Of a DNA stretch of 64,000 nucleotides, positions 12,551-27,652 are shown in pieces (within the stretch, counting starts at the first letter, position 1; each line of letters opens with the position of its first letter). A program made the translations under genes and the position numbers. Below the pieces are notes generated by a model. That model made no database searches and was not told where the DNA came from. It was given only the letters and a program-made list of their open reading frames with translations. This DNA is from the human T2T-CHM13v2.0 reference genome, Homo sapiens. The stretch lies in assembly GCF_009914755.1 (NCBI RefSeq), contig NC_060926.1. One strand, written 5' to 3'.

Positions 12551-13120
12551 TGTAGTAAGCAGCTTTTAAAATGGCTCCTAATTAGCCTCGCTTGTGGGTA
12601 TTCACATTCAAGCAATTCTCTCACCTTGTGCGTGGGCTGGACCTAGTGACTTGCTTCTAGTGAATAAAATATGCTAACGATAATTGGCTGCCATTTTTGA
12701 GAATGTTACAAAAGACTGTGACTTTGGTCTTGGTAACACCCTCTCATCTCATTTGCTCACTCTGATAAGGAAGCACTCATGTTGTGAGCTGTGCATTGGG
12801 AGGCCCACATGACCAGGAACTGAGAGTAGCCTCTGAACAACAGCCAGTGAAAAACTGAAGTCCTCAGTCCAGCAAACTGCAAGGAACTGAATCTTGTCAA
12901 CAACAGAAAGCAGATTCTTCTTCCATCAAGCCTTTAGATAAGACCACTGCTATGGCCAGCATCATCATTGAAGCCTTGAAAAAGACCCAAAGCTGGAGGA
13001 CCCAGTTTAGTCGTGCCCAGATTTTTTACCTACAGAAACCACACACACAAAAAAATGTTCATTGTTTTAAGCTATTATGTTTTGGTGTAATATGTTATGC
13101 AGTAACAGGTAGCCAATACA
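12551..13120 (+). mobile_element. MLT1F-like solo LTR (ERVL-MaLR)
   Basis: tgtagtaagcagc...gggctggacctagtgacttgcttcta...gcaaggaactgaatc...tgttatgcagtaacaggtagccaataca. Confidence 0.85.
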
Positions 13121-13519
13121 TGACATGGTGACAGAATGAGTGAGTCAAAGTGCTATAGTGGCTGAAGAACTGCTCAAGTGGTTGTGCTAGAGCAGCTGAG
13201 GTCAGGAAACAGTGGTCACAGAGGGGAATGCTTGAAGTTAAGACTTCAGAGGTGATGCAGATAGTGATAACAAGATCAAAAGGATGACTACAAAGATGGT
13301 GGCTGAGATGAGATCAAATAATAGATCTTTGGAAGTTAGAAGACCAAGAAACCTAGAGATCAAGATGTTACATTTATGTGGATGTTGGTAATACCAAAAG
13401 TAGTAATGGGAGAAGAACTGAAAAGAAAGATGAATGTAAAATATTAACTTAGTCAATTGATGAGAAGCCATGGTTGGGGTCCTGAGGACAGTAACCAGGA
13501 AAAGTGATGGCTTCCGAGG

Positions 13520-14278
<759 letters not shown>

Positions 14279-14399
14279 GTAAAATATGATGCCATGAACA
14301 TCAAAGAAACTGAGGAATGTAAGATGAGAGGACCATATAAAGGAGCTGAAGAGGAAATGGTTTTGCCAAATCACAGACAAAGCATTATCATAAGTTTGC

Positions 14400-14790
14400 T
14401 ATGAAATGTATCTATGAGGATGTTCATTTTAGCATTATTTATAATAGCAAAATAGGGAGTTCCTTACGCAAATGGTAGCATAGTCAAAAATTGTTCTCTA
14501 TGGGACCTAGAAATGGTGTGCTGTTGGAAAACTAATGATATGGAAGAGTGTTTAAGATTTGTTGGTAAATGAGAAGAACAAGGCTACGGGATAGTATTTG
14601 CAGTGTGATCACAAATTGGTTTATAGAACTATAGATACCTGCATAAAAATACTAGAGGTGTATATCACCAATATCTCTGGAAAATAAGTTTATAAGTCAT
14701 ATACATTTTCTTCTTTGTGCTTTTAAGTATCCTTCGAATCTTCTGCAATGAACAGATTTAAATGTTCTGATTTTTTTTAAGTTAAAACAA
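14400..14790 (+). mobile_element. L1ME-type fragment
   Basis: aggatgttcattttagcattatttataatagcaaaa. Confidence 0.6.
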
Positions 14791-14798
14791 AAGCAGGA

Positions 14799-15095
14799 CT
14801 TTTTTTCATAATTTCAACTTTTATTTTAGATTTCAGGGTACATGTACAGGTTTGTTACCTGGGTATACTGTATAATACTGAGGTTTGAGGTATGAATGAT
14901 TCTGCCACCCAAGTAGTGAGTGAAGTGCTCAATAGGTAGTTTTTCAGCCCTTCCCCCACTCCCTCTTCCCCCACTCTAGTAGTCCCCAGTGTCTATTGTT
15001 CTCATCTTTATACCCACGCGTACGCAATGCTTAGCTCCCTCTTATAAGTGAGAACATATGCCACATTTGGTTTTCTATTCCTGTGTTAATTTGCA
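14799..15095 (-). mobile_element. L1PA15/16-like 3' end
   Basis: ttttattttagatttcagggtacatgtacaggtttgttac...ttataagtgagaacat. Confidence 0.85.
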
Positions 15096-17587
15096 AAGTG
15101 AGAATTTTGATGGTGAGTATTCATTCTAAAAGCACACTGGGGAGTTGGTCTGGACTTTCTTGGTTGTGACCTGACCCCAGGAGGCTAGGGATTCCCACCC
15201 AGAATTCCGTGGCTTTAGTGCTCATTGTGTCATGGCATGCCTCCCTAGAGATGCAGAAGCCTACCATGGCCATCAACCTATCTACACTGACCAAGAATGG
15301 AACTTTGGAATCTTCTATTTGTCTAGGGTATATCTCCCTTAGGTGACAAGAGAAAGGACAGAGTGAATCTGGAATGGTTGTCCTTTCAAAATCAGGTGTG
15401 GAAACACCAGCTGTGCTGAAGAATGCACTTGGCCAGTATCACTAGTCCTAATTCTCAGTATAGATTCACAGGGTAGTTTTTAGATTTTTTTTAAAAACCT
15501 ACATTTTCTCCTTGTTCAAGGAATTAGTAAAGATTTCTTTTCTTGAAACCTGTGGTTTAATCTCTGTGACATTATTTTCCAAAGGTGTTTTGAAAGCCTT
15601 TTTTTCTCATTGAAGGAAAGCTTATGAAACCCTGTTTATCTTGAAAAAAGTCTCTCTTTATGATAATACAGTACAGAAAGAAGAAAACCCTCCCTCAAAA
15701 ATTAGAGCAGTGTTCACTCAAGCAAAATGATTCACTCATTTAATCCTTTTTTGTGCTTCAATACAATAAGATTAAAAAATCATTTAGCTAGGTCAAGGTT
15801 AATATGCTTTAAATTACATTATAGAAAAAGATAAAATCTATTTTGTCTATATATTTCAACAGCAGGACACAAATTTTTTTTTTAATTCCATATAAGATAA
15901 GATTCATGTGCTGTAAACAATACAAATGGGCTAAAATGCATTGTTTTTATAAATTTAACTTAATATAGTCAGTTGCAGCTGTATGGCATCTGACCTTGGA
16001 GGACTGAACACAAAGAACCAAACTTTGAACTTTCACATTACACATTTTCTTTCAAATTTGGTGAATACAATACTGCACTATCCTCACTAGAAGTTGGCTC
16101 TTCCTGGCTTTGCTTTTTATGCACCACAGAGAATTTTTGAGGTCACTATCAGGAGGGGACCCAGACTTCCTTCTGATATCCAGAACTAGTGCCCTGGTAC
16201 ATTTTCTCCAACCCAGTGATGAAATCTATAGTATCAATGCCTCAACTTCAGGAATTTTGTAGTGGAAGAACATTGGCCATAGCCTCCTTAGAGGTCAACC
16301 CAGAACTAAAATTAGAGGTGCTACGATTGTCAAATTTTATTTTAATTGTATTTTTTTCAGGGAAGCAGACATGGTCAACATTCAGGCCATGTAAGTCAAT
16401 ACCCAGGTAAGGAATTCCAGATAAAGTTGCTCAGAAGAGAGTTATCTGAGCAACCCTATCTGGAATTTGCAGTTGCCTGCACGTTTTAGGGACTGTACCC
16501 ATGGTCTGTGTGGAGTGCATGATGGCCTCTGTGGAAGTAGGCTACACCAGGCCTCACATAAATAGTTATGTGTGTCCAGAACTAGCCCTGGAATGCTGGT
16601 TTCTGTCGCAGAGCTCCTGTTTTAAAACTTGAAAGCTGTGCCTAAATCCAGGGTTATTTCATGTGTGCAGAAAGTAAAGAAATTTCGTCATTATTGTTTT
16701 CATTATTATGGATGCAGGATATAGATCCTTACAATTTACTTCTTAGTTAAATACATCACAAGACCATCTTACTCATAAATAAGATAGTTTACCATTTTAC
16801 TTATAGAGAAAGTTTATAGCAAAACTTGTTGGACTTTTCTATGACATTATGGGTTGTTCTGTTAAGCCAATGGATGAAATATCATTTTTTAATAGGAATG
16901 CTTATAAACATTTAGATGACTTTCTATGTTTTGAGCTATTAATGTAGTGCTTTTATGCAGCATTAAATAGTATAAAGCGGTGCTTGCCTAGAAATCCCTG
17001 ACACAGCTCTCACATTCTCAATATAATACAACAAAATGAGGAAAATCCACAGTAGTTTCAAAAAAATGAGATTACTAGCGAATCTATCGGCAGCATCTCG
17101 GGTGGATTATTCAATAATTTCAAGGCCAATGGAACTACACAAAGAAATTATGGCCACCAGAGACAAAGTGATTCCCCTGCAGAAAGGTATGAAGACATTC
17201 TGTCCTTCTGTCCCTGACTCAAAAGCACAGAGTGTTTTAACAATCAGAAACCAAGGCAGCTTTGCCTGGAGGCTAATTTTTGTGGGAGTCAGAGGGTGTT
17301 TGCTCAAGCCCAGAGCTGCCAATACTTTGTACTCATGTATGTAGAATTCTCCTTACCAGTAAGAGAGGATAATAGCATGTGGCTTCCTGGTAGATGCTGC
17401 TTCTATAGTGGAAGCACTATCAGCAGTCAATAAAAGATGATATCCTCAGAGTTTCATCGGGTACCTGAGCTCAGATATATAATGACATTTTCATTTATTT
17501 GGTTTTATTGGAAATGTAACATTTCCTCTAGCCTTTCAAGTTTGTTACCACATAATTACTGGTAGTGTTAACATTTATATTACAATT

Positions 17588-17700
17588 TCCAAGACAGTTT
17601 ATCTATCTTCCTTTCTTCCTTCTTTCCTTCCTTCCTTCCTTCCTTCTTTCCTTCCTTCCTCCATCCCTTCCTTCCTCCTTCCCATCCTTCCTCTATTTCT
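17588..17700. repeat. (TTCC)n-like pyrimidine tract
   Basis: cttcctttcttccttctttccttccttccttcc. Confidence 0.85.
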
Positions 17701-17779
17701 CTCCATTTCCCTCTGTTTCTCATCTATTACCTTCTCTGTCTCTCATCTATTACCTTCTTGTTTATAGAGATTCTTGATT

Positions 17780-18620
17780 AGTACAATTTCTCTTCCTCTT
17801 ATCTTTTCTGTCATGATCTCTCTATTTTGGTTAATTTACTGCTGGTTAGAATGCTTTTTCAAGAATTGAACTCAAATTGAGTATTTGGATTCTGTGTATT
17901 CCTTCAATCTTTGGTATCTTTTTCTCATGTTAGACAAATAATCTATTAATTTTGTAGTCATTTTCTGTCAATGATCTGTAGATGCTATTTTACTATCAAT
18001 TAGGTTTTAAGTGTTGTAGATGAGAATTCTGATGCTAGTCTCATTATAGGCAAATACTTTTGTTGTTTCTGTCTAGAAGCTGCCAAGATTTTTTTTTTGA
18101 ATTTCATAAATTTTGATTTTAGTAGACATAAAATATGCATACTAAAGATATATCTACCTTTTCATAAAAAATATTTGGAATTGTCAGTCTTCCTTCAGAT
18201 GAGAGAATATACTTCTAGTGTTAGTTTAATCACCATGTAACCTGCTTCCTGTTGTCCTTCTGAGATGAATGTCATTGATATAACAGGTCTTTTGGATCTC
18301 TCCGTCAGGTCTCTTGCATTTTCTTTAACAATTTCTATCTCTGTATTACTCTTCCACTTCATTTTTAAAATGGAAAGTACAAGTCTTAATAGTAGCCATG
18401 TCTTTCAATTTATTTACTGATTTAAAAAATCTAATATCAAGTTTTTTATTTGGCTAATCCAAGAAATCTCTTTGTTCTTATTTTAATTTGCCTCAAGTAC
18501 TCTTATTATGTTGTTATTCAAACTATTTTCTGTCTCTTCCAGCAAGTCTATTTCATCAGGGCAAGTTCAGATATTCTATTTGTTCTTCTTGATGGCTGCC
18601 AAACCCATGTGTGACTGTTA
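17780..18620 (-). mobile_element. Very old L1M/HAL1-type ORF1-region fragment
   Basis: gatgagaattctgatgctagtctcatt...ctagaagctgccaagattttt resembles antisense old L1 ORF1. Confidence 0.45.
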
Positions 18621-20326
18621 TTTGGTAATATAAGCTCAGTTCCAACCAAAGAGACTCAATGTAACTGGTATTAGAAGAGAGGTGTCTCTAGCGTGGCAGT
18701 CAGGCTGTTCCTGTAGAGACAGCAAAAAGAATCCTGTTTTCTCTGTTCCCTAGTCTCCTCTCCTTTCCTCTCCCAGTACTGGAAGTAGGGGTTAAGATCA
18801 ATTGTCAAAGAGATAGGAAGACCTGGCACTCTTATACTGTGAATGTCCACCCTCTCTGCAGAGTCCCGGGATCTTGTAGGGGCAAGTTCTTTTAGTATCG
18901 TGGCAGTCAGATCCTTGGGACCTCTTTTAATTCTGCCATCAGGATCACTCCTAACCCACAGAGAAAGGAACCCTGCAATAGCTATACAGCTGCTCCCCGT
19001 TGACCCATATACATTTTTTGGCCCCAGCAGAAGTGGATGGGTTGGAGCCAGAATGAAGCTAAAGAAACATGGGAAGCAGTCAGCTATCTTCTTTCCAAAT
19101 CCCTTTCTCCAGGAAAAAAACCCTTTCACCGAGAGGATTCATTCTGAGATCATGATATATATCTCACACAATATGCAGAAAGCTTTACTGGGTTGGCCTC
19201 TGAATTATAAATGACTATCTGCTTCCATATTTTATTAACAACAGTGACTGATGATCACAGTGGTGCCCTTGAGCAACTATAAGATTTATAAAGGATTTAT
19301 AGTATTGTAAAGAAAGTCAAATTATGCTAAGCACAAGATTTAGTGTTGTCTGACTTTGTACTATCCAGATACTTTGGAAATGTAATCCCATGGATGATTT
19401 CCACAGTAACAATATGGAAACCAGACTGATTAATCAAAACACTCAAAAAAACTGGTTGAAAAGTGTTTACTAGTTATTTCTGTGTTAGGTCAAATGGAGC
19501 TATTCTAAGCTTTATATAACAGCATAGAATATGTTTTTTAAAGTTTTGTTGCATAATATTATAAAACTTTCACCTTTTGCAAAATTCAGGAGGTTGAACT
19601 TCAAGCTGATAATAATTTTGCTTCTGCTTATATAAATAAGATTTTCCTCTGTTACTCTCTGACTGTTTTCCTATTGAAGTAAAAAAATGTTGCTTTTCAA
19701 CTTCCTACATATTCCTTGTAGGACAATTTTTGTGCCTGTAGGGCTAAGATTTGAGATTCTCTTTCAGCTTTAATTTGCTTCCCTTAAGATACCAGTGACA
19801 GGAGATGAAATGCTAGCAATATGAATCTAGAACACAACTTTATGACCGTGGAATCTTAGAGAATTTATTACGATATGTAATATGCAATTCTTGGCACAAG
19901 AGTATGGACATTCCTGATTTTACAATGTTCTTTTCCTAATCTAATGTCTCCAAGCAAAGATACAAAGATTCTACTTTCATAAAATGCTATCCTCAAGTAC
20001 AGAGGCTTTCAAATATCATGATCATATTTATTATAAATTTGCTTTTTTCTATTTTTCAGGTCCTTTTGAGAAAAATATTTTAAAATTGGGGTATTAAGAA
20101 AATGGGTTTGTGACTTGTGTTTCAGTCTAAGTCATGTTTCAGATATTTTGGTAAAAATTTTATTGTATTAGAAATGTAACAATACACTGGTAACATCGAA
20201 GTTATTATTTCCATTGCAGATTTTTCTCTTGAACTTGAAACATAAATTCAATGGCATATTTGAATTGTTTACTAGGATATACAAGAATTAAATATCATGT
20301 GTCAAAGTAGAATTCTGTTTCCCACC

Positions 20327-20760
20327 TGTAGGAGTTTAATGGTGTCCTTCTAAATGTTATGTTCACCTGGAACCTCACAATATGGCCTTATTTGGAATAA
20401 GGACTTTTAAATATATAATTATAGTGAAGATTTTAAGATGAGATCATCCTGGATTAGGGTGGGCCGTAAACCAATGACAAGCATTTATATAAGAAACTCT
20501 CTGAAAACAGAGAGACGCAAAGGAAAAGACCATGTACAAATGATAGCAGGTATTAGAGTTATGCTGCCATAAGCCAAGGAACACCAGGAGCCACCAGAGG
20601 CTGGAAGAAGCTCCCCTAGGATCTTTGAAGGGAGTATGGCCCCACCAATACCTTCATTTAAGACTTTTGATCTCCAAATCTGTGAGAGAATAAATTTCTG
20701 ATGTTTTAAGGTCATGTGGTTTGTGGCAATTTGTTACAGCAGTCACAGGAAACTAACACA
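20327..20760 (+). mobile_element. MLT1B/C solo LTR
   Basis: tgtaggag...gagatcatcctggattagggtgggcc...aagccaaggaacaccaggagccaccag...ggaaactaacaca. Perfect 5-bp TSD CCACC (20322-20326, 20761-20765). Confidence 0.9.
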
Positions 20761-20885
20761 CCACCCCTTCCGAAACCTGTTACACTATAATCTTCCAAAT
20801 TCAAATAAGTGACAACCCCATTTTCAAAAAGTTGAAGACATGCATAACTGTTTTTTTAGTTTTACATGTAAAATCCAGTTTATTA

Positions 20886-21324
20886 CAACAAAAACATGGA
20901 ATCAACCTAGGTGCCCATCAATGGCAAATTGGATAAATAAAATGTACTACGTATACATAATGGAAAACCATGCAGCTATAAAAAGGAATGAAATCATGTC
21001 CTTTCCAGCAACACATATGCAGCTGGAGGCTATTATTTTAAGCAAATTAACACAGAAACAGAAAACCAAATATCATATGTTCTCGCTTTTAAGTGAAAGC
21101 TAAATCTTAAGTATGCCCGCACATAAAGATGGGAGCGATAGACACTAGGGACTCCAAAAGGAGGAAGGGAGGGAGGGGAGCAAGGACTGAAACATTTTCT
21201 GTTGGGTACTTTCTGGGTGACGGGATCAACAGAAGCCCAAACCTCAGCATCATGCGATACACCCTTGTAACAAACATGCACACATACCCACTGAATTTAA
21301 AATAAAAATTAAAAGTTAAAAAAA
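20886..21324 (+). mobile_element. 5'-truncated L1PA15/16-like insertion
   Basis: End of ORF2 (KTWNQPRCPS...), 3'UTR and A-rich tail. TSD aaa(a/g)tccagtttatta (20870-20885, 21322-21337). Confidence 0.9.
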
Positions 21325-21339
21325 GTCCAGTTTATTAGC

Positions 21340-22390
<1,051 letters not shown>

Positions 22391-23233
22391 AGCTCAGACC
22401 GCACTGTGAGACTCATTTGCTAATACTGTTTATACATTAGAAAAAACTCAAGCATTTTTTCTATATGCTTCTTTAGAAGTTGTTTGGAATTTTTATGAGT
22501 AATTATTTTATTTTAAATGGATTGAAAAATTATTTGGGTACAGTGGGTTCACAGAACACCACTTGAATCAACTCATATATTCTGTGAGTAAAAATAACCA
22601 AACAATCCAAAAGAAAAGGTAAAAGACCTTTCCATCTCTCTCTAGGATTCTTGATTTGTGACTCAACTTTATCACTCTTCTTCTATGCAGCTTTTAATTT
22701 GCTTTTAAAATTTCTGTTAGCAATTAGGATGATCCAATTAAAATGTAATGGGTCTGACGTTTGCTATAATTCTTTTACTTCAATGACATGAAAAACTTTT
22801 ATAACTTTGGGACTCAGAGGAGATGTCAGCTGCTTTCTTCCCTCCTCCCTGCCCCATCTTCCATTCCTTCTTGCTCTAGAGGTGATAGCCACACCCCCTA
22901 TTAAAGCTGTCTTTGCCAAGAATACCAGTGATATATTAATGACTCAACTCAGGAACTCCAGTACTGTTTTCTCAGAATATTTCACACTTGCAGTTTCTCC
23001 ACTTGGTTGGGTTATGGTTTTTTCCCCATCATCAGCTGCTCCCTGCCACATTTCTTCACAGCATCGGTCTCTCCTCCTCTCTAAATATGGACAGAACATG
23101 AAGCCATCTCCAGTGCTCTCTGAACCTATCTTTTTGGCAGCTTCAGTAATTGCCTTCCCAAACAACATCCCTAATTCCAACCTCTGTTGACGTCTGTTTC
23201 CACGGCCCCAAGTGACTGATGGGCACTTCCATC

Positions 23234-23478
23234 TAAAATCCAGTTTATTATAGCAAAGACATGGAATCAACCTAGGTGCCCATCAATGGCAAATTGGATA
23301 AAGAAAATGTGTTACATATACACCATGGAATACCATGCAGCTATAAAAAAAGAATGAAATCATCTCCTTTGCAGCAACAAAGATGCAGCTGGAGGCCATT
23401 ATCCTAAGCAAATTAACACAGAAACAGACAACCAAATATCACATATTCTCACTTAGAAGTGGGAGCTATATCTTTAAA
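23234..23478 (+). repeat. Local duplicate of 20869-21108 (L1 fragment plus its 5' TSD)
   Basis: Begins with the non-L1 flank taaaatccagtttatta and then the same L1 sequence. Bracketed by a 40-bp direct repeat. Confidence 0.9.
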
Positions 23479-24156
23479 TCTGTTTCCACAGCCCCAAGTG
23501 ACTGACGGGAATTTCCATTGTAAACCATGGCCTCATTAAATTTGTTTCTTCTTGAACTTGTTTTTCACACCCCAACAGAGTATTCTGGACACACATATTC
23601 CGCTTCACACGGCCACACATTCACTTCTTTGTTTCCATGCCTATGTCCTTCATTAAAACATGCTTATTATCATCTATGCATGTAAATGTTTTAGAGAAAC
23701 TTCAATGTCCTTCTTGATTTTCCTTATTGGGTGGAATACATCCAAGTTAACTTTTACAAAATATCTCTCTGATAGTCTCATTTTCTCTCCCACCAAACAA
23801 GGTTAAAAACCTTTAGTGGCTCCCTAATCCTGTAGGTTATCTGATTCCCTATAGACAACATTTAAACATTTAGCTTTGAATAAACAGGTCTAGCCCAAGC
23901 CTTCCTGTCAAATACTATCCTATTTCCTTTTCTTTGCCTAAACTCACTGCTCAGCCAAACTGATTTCCCGTTGTCCCCTGAACCTGCCGCATACATTTCC
24001 ACTTTTACGGTTTTATTCTCCTCTCCTTTCTTATTCTCTGACCACATCCTATCTGTTCTTTAAAAACTAATCAATCCACCTTTGCTGATTCCACCAGTCT
24101 TAGATTATTTCTCCTTCCTCAAGGTTCTTTACTAGCGTTTATTGTCCATGAGCTGA

Positions 24157-24468
<312 letters not shown>

Positions 24469-24580
24469 TCAGTTGTATTGTAGATCTCTTTTTATATTCT
24501 TCCCAACTAACTTTTAAGACCCTGTGTATGTGAATTGTCTTCTATTGTTTAAATATCCTTCATTTTTCTCAGTAAAGAAT

Positions 24581-24649
24581 CTTACTTACTTACTTACTTA
24601 CATTTGAATTACCATCTGTCTGTCTCTGTCTCGGTCTCTGTCTCTGTCA

Positions 24650-24697
<48 letters not shown>
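24581..24697. repeat. Compound microsatellite (TTAC)n...(TC)n(AC)n
   Basis: Seen directly. Confidence 0.85.
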
Positions 24698-24864
24698 ATT
24701 ATTTACTTTTGTTTTATAGCCAACCCTGTTAAATTAGAATTCAGGCAGTCACATTTAAGTATTTTTAAAGTTTTATTTCTCAGGTTATATGGAAGCAATA
24801 CATTGTCACTCTAGAGAACTTAGAAAATTATGAAAAAATAGAAGGCATTAAAATCCTTCTGTAA

Positions 24865-25008
24865 GGTTTGTTTGTTTGTTTGTTTGTTTGTTTGTTTGTT
24901 TTAACTTTAAGTCCAGGGATACATGTGCAGAACATGCAGCTTTGTTACATAGGTATACATGTGCCATGGTGGTTTGCTGCCCCTATCAACCCATCATCTG
25001 GGTTTTAA
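24865..25008 (-). mobile_element. L1PA 3' tip with (GTTT)n tail
   Basis: aactttaagtccagggatacatgtgcag...atcaacccatcatctgggttttaag. TSD-like taagg(t/c)ttgttt. Confidence 0.85.
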
Positions 25009-25399
25009 GGCTTGTTTTAAATCTTTTTCTCTGCATGAAACCCACAGATATATGATCATTATCATTCATTATCCATAATTTTGTATTCCTTTTTAATGTC
25101 ATGTCATAAGTGTTTTTTGTTTCAATTGATACACTTTTAATTATTTCTAAATCCCTATTGGTAGCTGTATAAGATGGGCTTGCTATGACTTATGTCAATG
25201 CAATCCTCGAATACAGGAAGGCCTGAGTAATTTCCCTAAGATCAACCACTAGAATGTTGTAGACTTTTTTTCCTCCATTACTATTTTCATCCTAGCCCTG
25301 CTCAGTCCCTCTTACTGCAATGAAAGGATCGCTCTCTAGGGATCAAGAAATAGATAAATTTCTAGGACCCAGCTTCTCTCCAGTCAGTTGAGTTAGGTG

Positions 25400-25830
25400 C
25401 TACCCTTCACCTTAATACTTTTAATAGCTATGTCCAGAGGACAGCAATAAGGGTAGTGAGGGGAATTTCAACAAAGCCAAGTGAGGAGCTATTGAAGCAA
25501 CTGAAGATGTTGAGCTTGGAGGGAAGATGCAGAAGTGATCATCGCAGCAACCTTCAGACATTGGAAGAGCAGTTACGTGGAAGACGGTTATGGCTTGTTC
25601 TACTCACCTTTGCAGAGGGTAGAAATAGGACCAAATGAAAGCAGATTTCAACTCAACCAAGGCAAGATATATCTATCAAGATTTCTGAAAATTAAACTAT
25701 AAAAAAATCCTGGGCCTCTGTGAGTCATGGTGAGGGCCCTGGCCCTGGATATACTCTGAGAAGATGCTGCAGAGGGGATTCCAGGATTTCATAGGTGTTT
25801 TGACACCAAATTGGATCCTCATGTCACTTC
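25400..25830 (+). mobile_element. L3/CR1 LINE 3' fragment
   Basis: ORF 25456-25638 (RGISTKPSEELLKQLKMLSLEGR..D) resembles the CR1 ORF2 C-terminal KGLE..[22 protein letters not shown] motif. Confidence 0.7.
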
Positions 25831-25869
25831 TGGATGTGGAGCTATGTGTCTGCATTCACATCTTTTTAA

Positions 25870-26158
25870 AAATTTATTTAATGAGAAGGAGTCTTGCTCT
25901 TGTCACCCAGGCTGGAGTGGAGTGGCGCTACCTTGACTCACTGTGACCTCTGCCTCCTGGGTTCAGGGGATTCTCAGCCTCCCGAGTAGCTGGGACCACA
26001 AGTGTGTACCAGCATGCCCAGCTAATTTTTGTGTTTTCAGCAGAGACAGGGTTTCACCATATTGACCAGGCTGCTCTTGAACTCCTAACCTCAGGAGATC
26101 TGCCCACCTCGGCCGCCCAAAGTGCTGGGATTACAGGAGTGAGCCACCGCATCCGGCC
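25870..26158 (-). mobile_element. AluS
   Basis: Antisense Alu. TSD-like tcacatc(c)tttttaa on both sides. Confidence 0.95.
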
Positions 26159-26424
26159 GTGTAGTCACATCCTTTTTAACTTCACCTTCACCCAAATAAA
26201 GCCTCATTTGGCCACTAAAAGAGCAAAAGCCTTGCTCACATTATTCCAGTCGTATCCTTCAGGCTACGTCATACTTCATTCTAAATAATTCCTGATATCA
26301 CTAACGATGATTACTATCCCAGATGTTTCTATCTTTCATCAAGAGAGCCAACAATCATCCTTTGTCGATGATGATGAACACCTGAATGATTGCACAGAGT
26401 GGAATAGGCAGTACCCTGCAGCAA

Positions 26425-26617
26425 CAGACTGTGGTTTCTGCTGAATACTGGCTCTGCCACTTTGCTGTCTATGGGTATTTGGGCCACTTGCTAAAGCCCT
26501 CTGTGTCTTTGGGGGTGATAACTTCAGAGGGCTGTTGGAAGATTAAATCTCCTGCTGTTTATAAAGTGCATAAGGCAGCGCCTGGTACATAATAGATGCT
26601 CAGTAAATATTAAGCAT
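26425..26617 (+). mobile_element. MIR
   Basis: ctggctctgccact...gcctggtacataatagatgctcagtaaatatt. Confidence 0.75.
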
Positions 26618-27180
26618 TATATATATATTATTTTATATAAGATGCCATGCTGAGCTCTCTGATTACTCAATGAATACATTGCATGATCTGCTTTCAAGAA
26701 GCCCTTAGCCTGGTGGAAGATAACCTGGGTGAAGAAAACATCACTGTGAGGCATGTTTATGCTCTGGCAGGGAATGTACAAATGCAGGGGACGCTCATAG
26801 CCAACGCACCTTGCTCTGCCTTTGGTGATTAAGGAAGGCTTGTGAGAGAGGATAGCTAAGCTGAAGCTGAAGCATGAACTACACTTGGTGAGTGAAGTTG
26901 AGAGTAGCAGTGCTTTGGGAGTAATGAACAGTATGTGCAAAACTTTGGAGGTGAGAGAGAAGATGCCACATTAGAAGAGACCAAAAGTAAGAGAGCAGAT
27001 GGTATTTGAGGAGACTCTAAATACCTGCAGATAATATAAAATGGCAGAAGTGGGTAGATGTGAGAGGGGCCTATATTTTTATTAACAGTACTCTTTGCAA
27101 TTTTCTATTATACTCATCTTGCAATCTGATTCAATTTCTATGCTTTATTTTCAGATAGTCTCATAATTGATCTTGTAGTA

Positions 27181-27652
27181 CAGCGGTCCCCAAGCTTTTT
27201 GGCATCAGGGATCAGTTTCATGGAAGACAATTTTTCCTTGGACAGGGGTTCTGGGGGATGATTGAAGTGCATTACATTTATTGTGTACTTTATTTTTATT
27301 ATTATTACATTGTAATATATAATGAAATAATTATATAACTCACCATAATGCAGAATCAGTGCGAGCCCTGAGCTTATTCTCCTACAACTAGATGATCCTA
27401 CTGGGGGTGATGGGAGACAGTGACAGATCATAAGGCATTAGATTCTCATAAGGAGCATGCAACCTAGATTCCTCGCATGGGCAGTTCACAATAGGGTTCA
27501 CACTTCTGTGTGAATATAATGCCACTGCTGATCTGACAGGACGTGGAGCTCAGGGAGTAAGGTGAGCTATGGGGAGCAGCTGTAAATACAGATGAAGCTT
27601 CTTTTGCTCGCCTGATGCTCACTGGTCCATGGCATGGGGTTGAGGACCCCTG
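27181..27652 (-). mobile_element. MER1A (hAT-Charlie)
   Basis: TIRs cagcggtcccca / tgaggacccctg. Internal ggcattagattctcataaggagc. 8-bp TSD ttgtagta/ttctagtg. Confidence 0.9.

Larger units (their letters stand above)
10315..13510 (-). mobile_element. Long degraded L2, interrupted by an MLT1F LTR and a GGAA-rich tract
   Basis: Reverse-complement L2a 3' end at 10315-10460 (tattgaacgc...ctgggcactggggacatgg) followed by purine-rich L2 body motifs. Confidence 0.7.
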
